From positions 1 to 58,825 of the IMG/VR virus record IMGVR_UViG_3300048996_000263: a stretch of 58,825 nucleotides of DNA. The stretch is one strand, 5' to 3'. The position numbers and the translations under genes are program-made. This document shows, piece by piece, positions 8,594-18,608 of this stretch (positions are counted from its first letter, which is position 1; each line of letters opens with the position of its first letter). This DNA comes from a virus (taxonomy: Duplodnaviria > Caudoviricetes). A model generated the notes under the pieces. The model did no database searches and had not been told where the DNA came from. It saw nothing but the letters and a program-made list of their open reading frames with translations.

Positions 8594-9186
8594 TGTGGGC
8601 CCCCGTACAGCCGGATCGGTCCGAAGATGGCCATGTCGTTGAGAGGGTCACCCGTGCCGGGACGGACACGTGCCTGGAACAGGACGTTGATGCGGTCGCC
8701 GAAAAAGTCAGTGGGCCAGACGCACTCGAACGAGTAGGTCACGGTCGACGCGGTCGTGTTCACGGAGTCGGCGATGAGGACGGGGGCGCCACCGTTGACG
8801 GTGTAGGACACCTGCACGTCGACTATTCCGCCAGTGACCGAGTCCGATGTGGCCTTGACGGTGAAGAACATGCGCGCCTGGTTGGGATAGAACGTGGCGG
8901 TCGCGGTGTTCTGCATCGCCCCGGTGAGCGCGTTGCTGATCAACGGTGGTGTGGCGGGGAACGCGACGTAGTTCTGCCACGGGTTCAGGTATCCCCACGA
9001 CGAGGCACTGCCCAGGATCAGTGTCCCGTTGCTGTCGTAGATCCACACCTGGCCGTTGGAGATCTGCACGTAGGTGATGCCGTCCACCGGGTTCGTCACG
9101 GAGAGGGTGGACATGGTGCGGCGTTGCATCTCGTCGAGTCGGCGTTCAAGCGCGGTGAGCTTGTCCTCTTGGGATGCGGTGATCAC
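8590..9186 (-). CDS. Minor tail protein, paralog 2
   Basis: LERRLDEMQRRTMSTLSVTNP...YDSNG. Confidence 0.75.
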   Translation of the reverse strand: MITASQEDKLTALERRLDEMQRRTMSTLSVTNPVDGITYVQISNGQVWIYDSNGTLILGSASSWGYLNPWQNYVAFPATPPLISNALTGAMQNTATATFYPNQARMFFTVKATSDSVTGGIVDVQVSYTVNGGAPVLIADSVNTTASTVTYSFECVWPTDFFGDRINVLFQARVRPGTGDPLNDMAIFGPIRLYGGPQ

Positions 9187-9795
9187 TCACCCTCCCAGGA
9201 AGTACATGGGGCTGGCCACGGCCGAACCCGCTCCGATAGACATCCTGGCCTGCAGCAGGACTTCGACTTGCGTGTCGAAAATGTCGGACGGCCACGTGAA
9301 CGCGAACGACTTGGTGCTGTGACCCACGCCGACCGAGGTGGCAAGGCTGGCGTCGATCGTCACCGGGCCGGCGCCGATGTCGTACTGGACGCGCGCTTCC
9401 ATCGTTCCGCCCGCGGGCGCGAGGTCGCCGTACCGGTAGCTGACTTGGATGGCCGAGCTGTTCACCAGCGTCCGGAACACGTACATGGTCACCCACGTCG
9501 CGCTGGTGGCTGTCAGGCCGCCCGTGTACGGAATGGACGGGTACATGGGCATCGGCATTCGGAAGCCTTCGATCCCGATGTCCGGGTTCAAGTGGTTGCC
9601 GTAGATGACGTTGCCGTTGCTGTCCCGCAACCTGACCTGGTACTTGTCGCCGACCGGCCCGACTTCCAGGTTCTGCACTCCCGTAGCCGGGTTGGTGACC
9701 GCGAAGTTGGAATAGGTCTTGCGGTCCACCTCGTCCAGGTAACGTTCGGCCCCGGCGAGTTTCGCGTCAAAGTCGTCGGCCGTGGGCGAGATCAC
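9187..9795 (-). CDS. Minor tail protein, paralog 1 (GTG start at 9795)
   Basis: AERYLDEVDRKTYSNFAVTNPATG...RDSNGN; GTGA overlap with upstream gene. Confidence 0.75.
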   Translation of the reverse strand: MISPTADDFDAKLAGAERYLDEVDRKTYSNFAVTNPATGVQNLEVGPVGDKYQVRLRDSNGNVIYGNHLNPDIGIEGFRMPMPMYPSIPYTGGLTATSATWVTMYVFRTLVNSSAIQVSYRYGDLAPAGGTMEARVQYDIGAGPVTIDASLATSVGVGHSTKSFAFTWPSDIFDTQVEVLLQARMSIGAGSAVASPMYFLGG

Positions 9796-10937
9796 GCGGC
9801 CCCCTCGGTGGCTTCGAGGAGCAGCTTCACCCGCTGCGGCCCACTCAACGACCAGCCCAGAATCCGCTGCCGGTACAGACCCTTCGGGATCCACGCGTGG
9901 GACTGCATGTTGAACAGTCCACTGTCGCCAGGGAGATAGGTGCCGAGCATCGGGGCGGCGTCGGCTTTGACCTCCGCCTCCCACGTCTCGACAGCGTTGC
10001 GGTAGAACCGCACCCACTCGTTGGCGTGCGACTGGAGAGTGTCGAACACTTCCACCGACTGGTGTGAGGTGTCGACGGTTTCCAGGACCGGCCAGCCCAG
10101 CGGGACGAGGTCCCGGTTGGACGCCCACGCCACCTGCGACGCGCGCTCTGTCGCGTTACCCCTGCCGAACACGTCCGTCGCCATGGATGCGGCGTTGTTG
10201 TCGACAGTGCACGTGGTGATGGAGGAGCCGTAGTCCCAGATGAGGTCTTGCCCGATCTGCGTGAGCGACGGTGTCCCGGTGCGCATCGCGACCCGAACCA
10301 TCCCGCTGTCCGAGAAGTACGGGTTCCAGTCGATGTCCGGCCCGGCCTCAACCTGCGTCAAGTCCTTGACCCGTTGCCCGACTGTGGCCAGGTCGTACAC
10401 CGGGTAGTTCCGGTCATGCTCACCCACCGAAGGGGACGGGAGGTCGATCGGAAGCTCGAACCCGGTACCTCGGGAGAGCGTGTCGTCGACGAGTTCCCGC
10501 GCGATCCCCCACAACGTCATGCCCAGATACTTGGCGTCCATCGCCTCGTCCATGCTCAACGGCGAGGACACGACACCGAGCGGGTTCAGCAGCAGCCTCC
10601 GTGCGAGCAGCGCCCACATGGAGCCGGCGCCGACCGTCAGTACGCCGCTGGTGTCGTCGAACTTGTGGGCCATGATCGGCCCGTAGGAGAGGATCGGCGA
10701 ACCGACCACCGATGGCCCGTAGGACACCGCGATACTGAACCGCCAGTTGGAGATCAGCTGCCGCAGTGTCCCTGCTTCGGGTACTCCTCTGTCGCCGACT
10801 GCGATCTGGATTTGGATCGTCGAATCGTCGTTGATCGACCGGTTGCAGTCCGGCACGACCATGACGGGCATTTCGTTGTGGACGACCCTGCCGGTTCGGG
10901 TTTCGACGATGTGGACAGCCAGCCGTGGGCTATCCAT
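9792..10937 (-). CDS. Minor tail / baseplate hub protein
   Basis: 381 aa at the canonical position; GPDIDW, GWPVLE motifs seen in actinophage hub proteins. Confidence 0.75.
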   Translation of the reverse strand: MDSPRLAVHIVETRTGRVVHNEMPVMVVPDCNRSINDDSTIQIQIAVGDRGVPEAGTLRQLISNWRFSIAVSYGPSVVGSPILSYGPIMAHKFDDTSGVLTVGAGSMWALLARRLLLNPLGVVSSPLSMDEAMDAKYLGMTLWGIARELVDDTLSRGTGFELPIDLPSPSVGEHDRNYPVYDLATVGQRVKDLTQVEAGPDIDWNPYFSDSGMVRVAMRTGTPSLTQIGQDLIWDYGSSITTCTVDNNAASMATDVFGRGNATERASQVAWASNRDLVPLGWPVLETVDTSHQSVEVFDTLQSHANEWVRFYRNAVETWEAEVKADAAPMLGTYLPGDSGLFNMQSHAWIPKGLYRQRILGWSLSGPQRVKLLLEATEGAA

Positions 10938-12174
10938 AGTCCCTGAACCTTAACTGCCGACCGGGCCCGGTGGTGGTGCCGTACACCGTTCCAGATGAGA
11001 GCCCGGGGCCTACGAGGGCGCTGATGCCGACAGTGAAGACGCTCGTGCTGGGGGCGGTCCAGCTGAACGCGAAGTCGAAGTCACCGATGCTTCCGTTGCC
11101 GAGAACGTATCGGGGCCCGGCGACGGTAGACGCTGCCGTGGTGACCGACCCGCCGGATGCGACCCTCATGTTGAAGATCGCGTTACCCGAGGTGTTCAGG
11201 GAGAAGCAGCCGCTGTACCGCAGTTCGTATTCGTGGCCGACGATCCCGTTGAACGAGAGCGTGTCCCGCATGGTGTCCACAGTGTTCAGCGCGTAGTCGC
11301 CCGCAGGGGTGAGCTTGCCGTTGGCGCCCAGGGCAAGGTCCCAGCCGGAACCGCCGTAGCGCCACAGCTTGTGTTGATCGGTCGTCCACGCGAGCTGATC
11401 CACGAACGGCGTCGGGAGCGCGGCGTCCCGGGCGGCAGTGCTGGTGTAGACAGGGATGCCGACCGGTTTCCATCCCGTGCCGGACCAGACGTACACGCCG
11501 CCGTGCGGGTCGGTGATGCTGTACTTCAGCTCACCCGAAACAGCCCCAGCGTCCGCGGCCGCATCGCCCGGAAGTAGGGGCCGTGCTCCGCTCGGGGTGA
11601 ACGCGATCTTCCTGCGGTCGGTGATGTTCGCGTTGGTGATAGTCGTCGCGTTCTGCGCAACCGCCACCTGAGCGAGCGGGATAGACCCCGTCGGAACGGC
11701 AGGCGCAGAGGGCGATCCAGCTGCTGTTCCTGTGACAGCGCGGATCACCAGGCCGCCAGGAGAGGCCAGCGCGGGAGTGGTGGGCATGCCGTCGCCGAGC
11801 GCAGCGTCGTACACCTGCGCGACGATCAGGTCGATGCGCGGGTTGACCGTGTCAGCTGCCGCCAGCGTCAGCGTGCCCTGTGTTGCCAGGTAAGCCAGAA
11901 ACGGGCCCTGGCCACTGCGCGTGATCACGCAATGCCCCGGCTCGCACAACAGGTTCAGCGACGGAGAGACGGCCTGCTTGATCATCAGGTCCGACGGGAT
12001 GTTGTTCGACCCGTTCTGGTTCGTGCTCGCGACAACACCGTCACGCCACCCCGACATGCCCGTCACCGCAGCGGCGGACGGCAGGAGAGCGCCCATGTGC
12101 AGCCGGCCGATCAACGCGGTGATGACCTGTTGCTGAGTCCAGGCAGGTGCCGCGTTCAGGTTGGTCAGCGCCAT
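10930..12174 (-). CDS. Minor tail protein (upper baseplate / fibre)
   Basis: NPRIDLIVAQVYD...P.P.VP.GSIPLAQVAV...I...NITDRR motif. Confidence 0.8.
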   Translation of the reverse strand: MALTNLNAAPAWTQQQVITALIGRLHMGALLPSAAAVTGMSGWRDGVVASTNQNGSNNIPSDLMIKQAVSPSLNLLCEPGHCVITRSGQGPFLAYLATQGTLTLAAADTVNPRIDLIVAQVYDAALGDGMPTTPALASPGGLVIRAVTGTAAGSPSAPAVPTGSIPLAQVAVAQNATTITNANITDRRKIAFTPSGARPLLPGDAAADAGAVSGELKYSITDPHGGVYVWSGTGWKPVGIPVYTSTAARDAALPTPFVDQLAWTTDQHKLWRYGGSGWDLALGANGKLTPAGDYALNTVDTMRDTLSFNGIVGHEYELRYSGCFSLNTSGNAIFNMRVASGGSVTTAASTVAGPRYVLGNGSIGDFDFAFSWTAPSTSVFTVGISALVGPGLSSGTVYGTTTGPGRQLRFRDYG

Positions 12175-12187
12175 TCGCGCACCCCCG

Positions 12188-13087
12188 TTACCAGTAAGCG
12201 ATGAACGCGGAACCCTGAAGTGAGGCCGCGGCGTTTGCTGCGTCAGCGGTGAAAGCCACCACGCAGGTTGTGTTCTCGGGGATCTGGAACCATTCGGCTA
12301 CTGTCAACCGGGTCCGGACGTCTTGGCCGCCGTTCAAGATGACGCTGCGGGTGAACTCGCTCGTGTCGATCCGGAGCGTGTCTCCGGCAGTCAGGGTCCC
12401 GTTGTAGCGCAGGCGTTGCCCGGTGCCGATGTTTGTGATCGTCGGGTTGATCAACGTCCCGGTTGGGCAGGAGATCAGGAACACCGGGTCGCTCGGGGCT
12501 GTGCCGGGCAGGTTGTCGAACGCCAACTGTCCGGTGCTGGTGACCGTGCCCCAGTCCAAACCTGGAACCCAGTTCAGGCCGCCGCCGGTCACCCAGTCCA
12601 AACCGCCTGTGGAGGAGCCGAGTCCGACGTTGCCGCCGATACTCTGGCCTACCCCGTACTTGCGGTAGTCGGGGGAAGCGAACTGGAACGAGAAGATCCC
12701 GTCCCGTGGGCTTTTGTCCGGCTGCACAAGCGGTTTCGCGTCGAGTTCCATCATCGAGAACTTCTCGCCCAACGCGGTCGCGCACCGAACCTCGAACAAG
12801 TCGTTCGGGCCGCGGCCGATCGCGTTCAGCTTGTCCTCTGCCCGTGACCGCGCTATCGCGTCCGGGCCCCAAAAGTCCCCCGCCAGTACGGCGACGAGAC
12901 CCGATGCGAAGTTGGGTTGACGGTCCTCACCGGACGAGTTCGGTTTGGGGGAGCGGGATGGGCGAGGCGCCGCACCACCCCGCCATCCCGAGTCCGTGCA
13001 CAGATACCGGCATCCCGTTTCGTCAGGCAGGTTGTCGTTGAACGTCAACCCGTACAAAGGGAGGCTCCACACGCCGTCGGCGCTCAA
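12188..13087 (-). CDS. Distal tail protein (Dit-like)
   Basis: Immediately after tape measure; F.SPD.RKY, L.NP.I, GD.L.IDT, ends AYW. Confidence 0.8.
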   Translation of the reverse strand: MSADGVWSLPLYGLTFNDNLPDETGCRYLCTDSGWRGGAAPRPSRSPKPNSSGEDRQPNFASGLVAVLAGDFWGPDAIARSRAEDKLNAIGRGPNDLFEVRCATALGEKFSMMELDAKPLVQPDKSPRDGIFSFQFASPDYRKYGVGQSIGGNVGLGSSTGGLDWVTGGGLNWVPGLDWGTVTSTGQLAFDNLPGTAPSDPVFLISCPTGTLINPTITNIGTGQRLRYNGTLTAGDTLRIDTSEFTRSVILNGGQDVRTRLTVAEWFQIPENTTCVVAFTADAANAAASLQGSAFIAYW

Positions 13088-16000
13088 TGCAGCCTCCCCC
13101 TGAAGTCACGCAGACGCTGCACTTCCTGTGCCGTTCCGAACGGATCGGCGCGCTGACCGATGATGAACGTGTCCCCACCCACCTGAAGCGGAGTGCCCGG
13201 GAGGGACTGCTGTGTGGAACCGCTAGCCACCGCGACACCTCCCGACGCGAACCGGCGAAGGAGCGCGAACCCCATCTGGTCGGCCGTCTGCCGCAAGATC
13301 GCCTGGGACCGAGACGACCGGTTGATGGGGATATACGCCTCGTCATCCCGGAGCCGATCACCCAAAACACGCCACGTGTTCGGCCGGACGACTTCAGCGA
13401 TTCCAGTCCGCATCGGAGTCAGCTTCCGCTCGAACCCGCCGTCCGCGAATGCTCGGACGATGCCGCCGTCGTGCTTGACGACTCGACCGCCGCCGGGCTG
13501 CCGTGCAACACCTACTGAGGACGATGTGGTCACTGCGGCACGTATGGTGATTTGACGGTTAGCGTTCTCGCGAATGAACCGGTCGAGATCGGCTTGCGCA
13601 TTGCCGGTTTCGGCATGGACAGCGAACCGGCCGTCAGGCAACCTTGTCACCTTGAAGCCAATCTCTTCTAGCTTCCGCTTCGCTTCGTCCGTGATCGAGT
13701 TGATGATCACGTCTTTTCCGGGCGGGGTTCGCTGCAGCATCCCCTGAAAGATGACGAGTTCTTTCTGTGCGGTCGTCATTCCGGGGGTCTGGATCACGGT
13801 CGCGACCTGCTCGGGGATGAGACCCATCTGGTCAGCCAGGATCCCCGCCTGAGTGGCGCTAAGACCCATCTTCCCAGCCATCGCGATGAACCGGTCGCGG
13901 CTATCCTGAACGACCTTCTGTGCGTCAGTCAGGCTTCCAGTCATGTCGAACGTCCTCTGGGCAACGTTCAACGTGGACGAAGTGATCCCTTCGAGGCTGT
14001 CCCGAAGCGTTCGGCCGTTCTCGGATGCAGTGTTGATCCGGCCAGCGCTGGTAAGGAGCTCGTTGCCGAATCCCTTAGTCTTGTCAATGTTCGCGCCGAA
14101 CGTGACCCCGAGCCGGTCGAACTGCTCGTTCATGTTCGCGAGGGACTCATCTAGACCGACCTGGCCGCCAGAGAAGGCATCCAGTGCCTCCTTCAGAGCT
14201 CGGGCCTTGTCGTCCGCCGTCGCGGTTCGATCGCCCAGAGTCTTCATAGCGGCAGCGAAGGTGCGCCCGGACTCGGTGGCGTCCAGCATGGAAGCCGAAC
14301 CGTTCTTGATGGCGTTCTCGAGGTCCCTGTTCTTCTGGACCGCTTCCGCGTACTGCTTGTTGGTTAGCCCCAACTGTTCCTTCAGGTTCAGGGCTGACTG
14401 TGCGGACAGGTCCATGACCTGCTGCTTACCGGACTCCGTGTCGATGACCGACGTACCAGCCGCGATCATTCTGTCCAGCTGACTGTTGACCAGGGACTGT
14501 GCCCCGGCGCTGCCCAGATAGCCCTCAGTCAACAGGCCCTGTTCAACACCGAGCTCACGGGAAAGCTGGAGGATGTTCTTGCCCGTACTGAGAACCTGGG
14601 TGTCCTGCAACGTCTTCGCGGCCGTGGCCCGGACACTGGCGTCCAGCGCGCCCTTGCTTTCCCGGAGCACGGTCGCCAAACCGTCCACACCAGCCGAGTG
14701 CTCCTTGGCCTTCTGCGCTGCACGCTCTTGGGCGTTGGCCAGGAAACCCAGGCCGATAGAAGCGCCTGCGATGGCCAGACCGAACGGCCCGCCGAGCGCA
14801 CCCATGAGTCCGCCTGCGGCCGACTTCAATCCGGTACCCGCAGCTGAAGCTATTCCCGCGACAGTGCCGAACCGGGACGCCCCATCGGCAGCACTGCGGA
14901 ACGAATCCCGCATCGCCGAGAGGGCAGGGCTGCGCTCCGTCAGCGTGCTGATCGCGGCACCCATGCGGCCGATCGGCTCGCCGGCCGCAGCAGCGCCTTC
15001 GCGGATCGCGACCGTCTGGTCCCGGAAGTTCCGCAACGCTGCAACGGCAGGGATGGTGGACGTGTTGAACGCGGCGTTGTACGCGCTCAACCGGCCGATG
15101 CTCTGCCCGTACTTGTCTGCGTCGCCTTGCGCTGAACGGAACCCGTCTGCCTGCAAGCTCAGGAACGCCGAGCTTCGCTGGGCGATCGCCTGCTGCGCGG
15201 TAGCTTCCGCGTTGAACTGGCGGAACGTGTTCGCCGTAGCAGTGAGTCCTGACGCGACCAGCTTGACCGGTGCGGCAACCAGACCCATTGCCCTACTGAA
15301 AAGTCCGGTCTTCTGGGCTGCCTCGTCCGCGTCCTTGCCAGATCCCGACAGCGCGCCGCGCAGTCCGGACAGGATGGACGGGCCGACCTTCAACGCCAGC
15401 AGTGCGAGAGCGGCGGTTTGGATCGGGCCGGGCAGGTTCGCGAAACCCTCAACCAGATCAGCCACAAGACCGATCACCGGGGACACGATCCCGACGACAC
15501 CCTTGATGATGTCGTACGCGATCCCCAATGCGGCACCGAAAGCACCGATCGGACCGTCAGCCCTGTTGAACGACTCGACCACGTTGCCGATGCCGATGGC
15601 CAGTGGTTCGACCGCGTCCACAGTGTCGTGCACGACTTCAGCGAAGTCGCGGAACACCTGGACACCGATCTCGATGCCACTGTTGAGCGTGTCCTTGAGG
15701 CCCTGCACGAGCGGGCTGACAAGCTTGCCGGCCACTTCGGACAGGGCGGAAGCCTTGGAACCGATCGCCTTGGCCAGATCCGGGCCGAACAACTGCCCCG
15801 CTGCTACCGCCGAGTCGAGGCCGCGCTTGACCGCGGGCGTGAACTTCTGGACGAAGTCCGATCCCTTGCGGACGATCGACTCGAGCGGGCCGTCGATGGA
15901 CTCGAAGATCTCGATACCGGCTGTTTCCAGCTGGGACTTGAAGCCTTCCCAGGCGCCGCCGAGACCCTTCATTTTCGCCGCGGCGACATCTGCAGCGCCG

Positions 16001-16956
16001 CCCTGACGGCCGACAGCGACAGCCATCTCATCGAACGCCGGCGCACCAGACTCAGCGAGTGCCACGATCGCGGCCAGAGGTTCACGGCCGAACGCGGTCG
16101 CGGCCGCCGCAGCGAACTGCTCCTGCGTCATCTTCTTCTGCGCTACCGACAACTGGTCGATCACGGACCTGAAGCCGACGAACTTCCCGGCGCTGTCGAA
16201 CGCCTCGACACCGAGCGCGTTCAGGGCTTTCGCGGCAGGCTTCGACGGCGCCGCCAGTGAAGCGAGCATGCCTCGTAGGGATGTGCCCGCCGTGTCTGCC
16301 TGGATGCCTTTGTTGGCCAGCAGGCCGATCGCTGTGGCGGTGTCCTCGATGGACACGCCGACAGACTTCGCGACCGGGCCCACATACTTCAGGGCGAGCG
16401 CGATGTCACCGATCGAACCGGAAGCCGCGTTGGCGGTGTTCGCCAAGACGTCGGCGACCCGGCCTGCGTTCTCCGCACTTAGACCGAACTGGTTCAACGC
16501 GTTCGACTGGATCTCTGCAGCAGCAGCCGCGTCGATCTGCGCAGCCGCCGCCAGCTGCAAAGTTCCCTTCGCGGCCTTCATCGACTGGTCTACCGACAGG
16601 CCGCCCTTGGCGAGCTCGAGCATCGCCGCCGCCGCGCCCGCCGCGGAGGTGGCCGGCAGAGTCAGGTCGGAGCCGAGAGCCTTGGCGGTGTTACCCACCT
16701 GGGCCATTTGCAGGGCCGTCGCGTTACTGACGGCCTGCATCTCGTTCAGCTTGCCGGTGTACTCGATCCCGAGGTTGATGACCGACTTCAAGCCAACTGC
16801 GGCCACAGCTGTGCCGGCGGCGACAGCGAGTCCGAGTCCTTTGCCAGCCGAGGACGCGATACCGCCGAGGCTGTTGAGTCCTTTGCCGAGCTTGCTTCCG
16901 AACCCGCGTAGGTCCGGTTCAACCAGGATGTCGATCTTGCCGCCGGGCATGCTCAC
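13084..16956 (-). CDS. Tail tape measure protein (TP901 family core)
   Basis: 1290 aa, Ala/Gly-rich, ELAKGG...ADVLAN.AN...GIQADTAGTSLR core; start may be ATG at 16950. Confidence 0.95.
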   Translation of the reverse strand: MSMPGGKIDILVEPDLRGFGSKLGKGLNSLGGIASSAGKGLGLAVAAGTAVAAVGLKSVINLGIEYTGKLNEMQAVSNATALQMAQVGNTAKALGSDLTLPATSAAGAAAAMLELAKGGLSVDQSMKAAKGTLQLAAAAQIDAAAAAEIQSNALNQFGLSAENAGRVADVLANTANAASGSIGDIALALKYVGPVAKSVGVSIEDTATAIGLLANKGIQADTAGTSLRGMLASLAAPSKPAAKALNALGVEAFDSAGKFVGFRSVIDQLSVAQKKMTQEQFAAAAATAFGREPLAAIVALAESGAPAFDEMAVAVGRQGGAADVAAAKMKGLGGAWEGFKSQLETAGIEIFESIDGPLESIVRKGSDFVQKFTPAVKRGLDSAVAAGQLFGPDLAKAIGSKASALSEVAGKLVSPLVQGLKDTLNSGIEIGVQVFRDFAEVVHDTVDAVEPLAIGIGNVVESFNRADGPIGAFGAALGIAYDIIKGVVGIVSPVIGLVADLVEGFANLPGPIQTAALALLALKVGPSILSGLRGALSGSGKDADEAAQKTGLFSRAMGLVAAPVKLVASGLTATANTFRQFNAEATAQQAIAQRSSAFLSLQADGFRSAQGDADKYGQSIGRLSAYNAAFNTSTIPAVAALRNFRDQTVAIREGAAAAGEPIGRMGAAISTLTERSPALSAMRDSFRSAADGASRFGTVAGIASAAGTGLKSAAGGLMGALGGPFGLAIAGASIGLGFLANAQERAAQKAKEHSAGVDGLATVLRESKGALDASVRATAAKTLQDTQVLSTGKNILQLSRELGVEQGLLTEGYLGSAGAQSLVNSQLDRMIAAGTSVIDTESGKQQVMDLSAQSALNLKEQLGLTNKQYAEAVQKNRDLENAIKNGSASMLDATESGRTFAAAMKTLGDRTATADDKARALKEALDAFSGGQVGLDESLANMNEQFDRLGVTFGANIDKTKGFGNELLTSAGRINTASENGRTLRDSLEGITSSTLNVAQRTFDMTGSLTDAQKVVQDSRDRFIAMAGKMGLSATQAGILADQMGLIPEQVATVIQTPGMTTAQKELVIFQGMLQRTPPGKDVIINSITDEAKRKLEEIGFKVTRLPDGRFAVHAETGNAQADLDRFIRENANRQITIRAAVTTSSSVGVARQPGGGRVVKHDGGIVRAFADGGFERKLTPMRTGIAEVVRPNTWRVLGDRLRDDEAYIPINRSSRSQAILRQTADQMGFALLRRFASGGVAVASGSTQQSLPGTPLQVGGDTFIIGQRADPFGTAQEVQRLRDFRGRLH

Positions 16957-16968
16957 CCCCGGCTGCGT

Positions 16969-17469
16969 TTAGATTCCCAAGAGGGCGTCGAAGTCATCCG
17001 AGCTGATGAGTTGTTGGCCTGTTTCTTCGACAGGCAGCTGATATTGGGACGCCAGCTCGATGTAGTCGCTGACCGCCCGGTCTCGCAGGGAAGGCGGCCG
17101 CGCCGCGACCGGTTGGATCAGGGGGAACGGCGGGGGTTTGACCCCCGCCTTTTTGTGCTTACGCCGTAGGGCTTCAACCTCGTCCGGGTCGGCTGTCCAG
17201 TTCGAGTATTCGTAGTTCAGCCACGCCTGCATGGTGTCGACGAGTCGCGCGACGTTCTCGGCGAGGTATCCCCAGTCCGCCTGGTCGCCGAGCTCCTCCC
17301 GTGCGAGCTGGGAGCCGGGCGGGAGTTTCCGGACCAGCGACACGATCCGCTGGACCGGCCACGTGTCGATGACGTCCCCGAGGTTGACGCCGTAGTAGTG
17401 CAGGAAGTCTGCTGCGCAGGCGTCCCACCGCGGTCCGAGGATCGCGGCTAGGACGCCTGCGATTCCCCC
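16969..17469 (-). CDS. Tail assembly chaperone, frameshifted C-terminal extension (gpGT-like)
   Basis: The -1 frame after GGGGGAA is open: GIAGVLAAILGPRWDACAADFLHYYGVNLGD...LVRKLPPGS to stop at 16969. Confidence 0.85.
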   Translation of the reverse strand, partial: GGIAGVLAAILGPRWDACAADFLHYYGVNLGDVIDTWPVQRIVSLVRKLPPGSQLAREELGDQADWGYLAENVARLVDTMQAWLNYEYSNWTADPDEVEALRRKHKKAGVKPPPFPLIQPVAARPPSLRDRAVSDYIELASQYQLPVEETGQQLISSDDFDALLGI

Positions 17470-17912
17470 TCGGGCTTCTCCTCCACATCCATGCCGCTGC
17501 GACGCAGGATCTCTTCATCGGAGACCGCGAAGTCCGCGAGCGCCTTGGACGCCCGGTAGATGTTCGCGGAGGCGATGGCCTGATGCAGCCGGGGAAGCGT
17601 GTCGATGAAGTCCGACAGTGCCTGCCCGGTCTTGCCGGCCGGAAGGTCGATCTTCTTCTCGTCGGTCTCGTTGTGGCGCATGGCGTCGGCCAGGTCGGCG
17701 CGTTCCTTCACCGTCCCGACGAGGATTGTCATAGCCTGCGGCGCCTGGTCGGTGGAGACCAGAGCGAGGACCTGGTTGGTTTCCTTGACGGACAGGTTGG
17801 TGCGGAGCTTGTACGTCTTTCCGCCCAACCGGAACGGGACCGGCTCCAGCTTCCGCTCTGCCAGTAGCGCGTCGATGTCGAGTACGAATCCGTTTTCTGG
17901 GGTGCCCTGCAT
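17448..17912 (-). CDS. Tail assembly chaperone (gpG-like)
   Basis: Between major tail and tape measure genes; ends ...PEGESQAS over the slippery site. Confidence 0.85.
   Translation of the reverse strand: MQGTPENGFVLDIDALLAERKLEPVPFRLGGKTYKLRTNLSVKETNQVLALVSTDQAPQAMTILVGTVKERADLADAMRHNETDEKKIDLPAGKTGQALSDFIDTLPRLHQAIASANIYRASKALADFAVSDEEILRRSGMDVEEKPEGESQAS
17463..17469 (-). other. -1 programmed frameshift slippery site GGGGGAA
   Basis: Minus strand GAG GGG GAA TCG; -1 frame joins the downstream ORF. Confidence 0.85.
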
Positions 17913-17927
17913 GATGTTGCGCTCCGA

Positions 17928-18491
17928 TCAGACGAGCGGGTTCGAGTTGGTGAACTTCTGGATCGCCTGCACGCCACCGGTCGGGGCGAGCGGGAACAGC
18001 TCCAGGTCCCAGCCTTCGAGGTCGTCATCGTTCATGACTTCCTCAGGGATGGCGCCCAGCTCACAGCGGGCGATGTAGTAGGCCTTCTTCTTCGTGCCGT
18101 CCAGGACACGCAGCAGGAGTGAGAACTCCTCGTCGGTGCCGGTGGTCCACTTGAAGATGCCCGAGCCGACGCCGGTCTCGGCGATGGATCCGCCGCGCAG
18201 CAGAGTCAGCGCGGTCGCCTTGGACATGTCGACCGGACGGAACTTGATGGAGAACGTGGGCGGCTTCTTCGAGCGCCGGTACGGTGCACCGGACTCGTTG
18301 TTCCACACGTCCAGGTCGGTGATGTCCTGCGACGGGGTGATGGTGAAACCGGCCTTGATACCACCGAAGGCGTCGAGGCTGGGCAGTGATGTCGCGAACG
18401 GGTCGGCAGGCACAGCGGCGTTCGCCACTCCGCGAAAAGCGTCACCGTCCAACCAGAGAGCCGCCTTGGCGGAGTCGGCGTACGTGGACAT
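17928..18491 (-). CDS. Major tail (tube) protein
   Basis: GGAGG RBS, 187 aa, position before the chaperones. Confidence 0.85.
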   Translation of the reverse strand: MSTYADSAKAALWLDGDAFRGVANAAVPADPFATSLPSLDAFGGIKAGFTITPSQDITDLDVWNNESGAPYRRSKKPPTFSIKFRPVDMSKATALTLLRGGSIAETGVGSGIFKWTTGTDEEFSLLLRVLDGTKKKAYYIARCELGAIPEEVMNDDDLEGWDLELFPLAPTGGVQAIQKFTNSNPLV

Positions 18492-18608
18492 GCAGTCCTC
18501 CTGCACTAAGGGCCCGCTCGGCGGCGGGTCAGCTTGTTTCGGTTGCCCTGCATGCGCCCTGCTGTAGGTGTCCCGCCTCCCAGGCAGGGCAGCCAGGAGA
18601 CGGGACGA

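Noticed and set aside
7958-9795. Diversity-generating retroelement or invertible tail cassette
   Set aside because: No reverse transcriptase, no near-identical TR/VR pair, no invertase or inverted sites seen.
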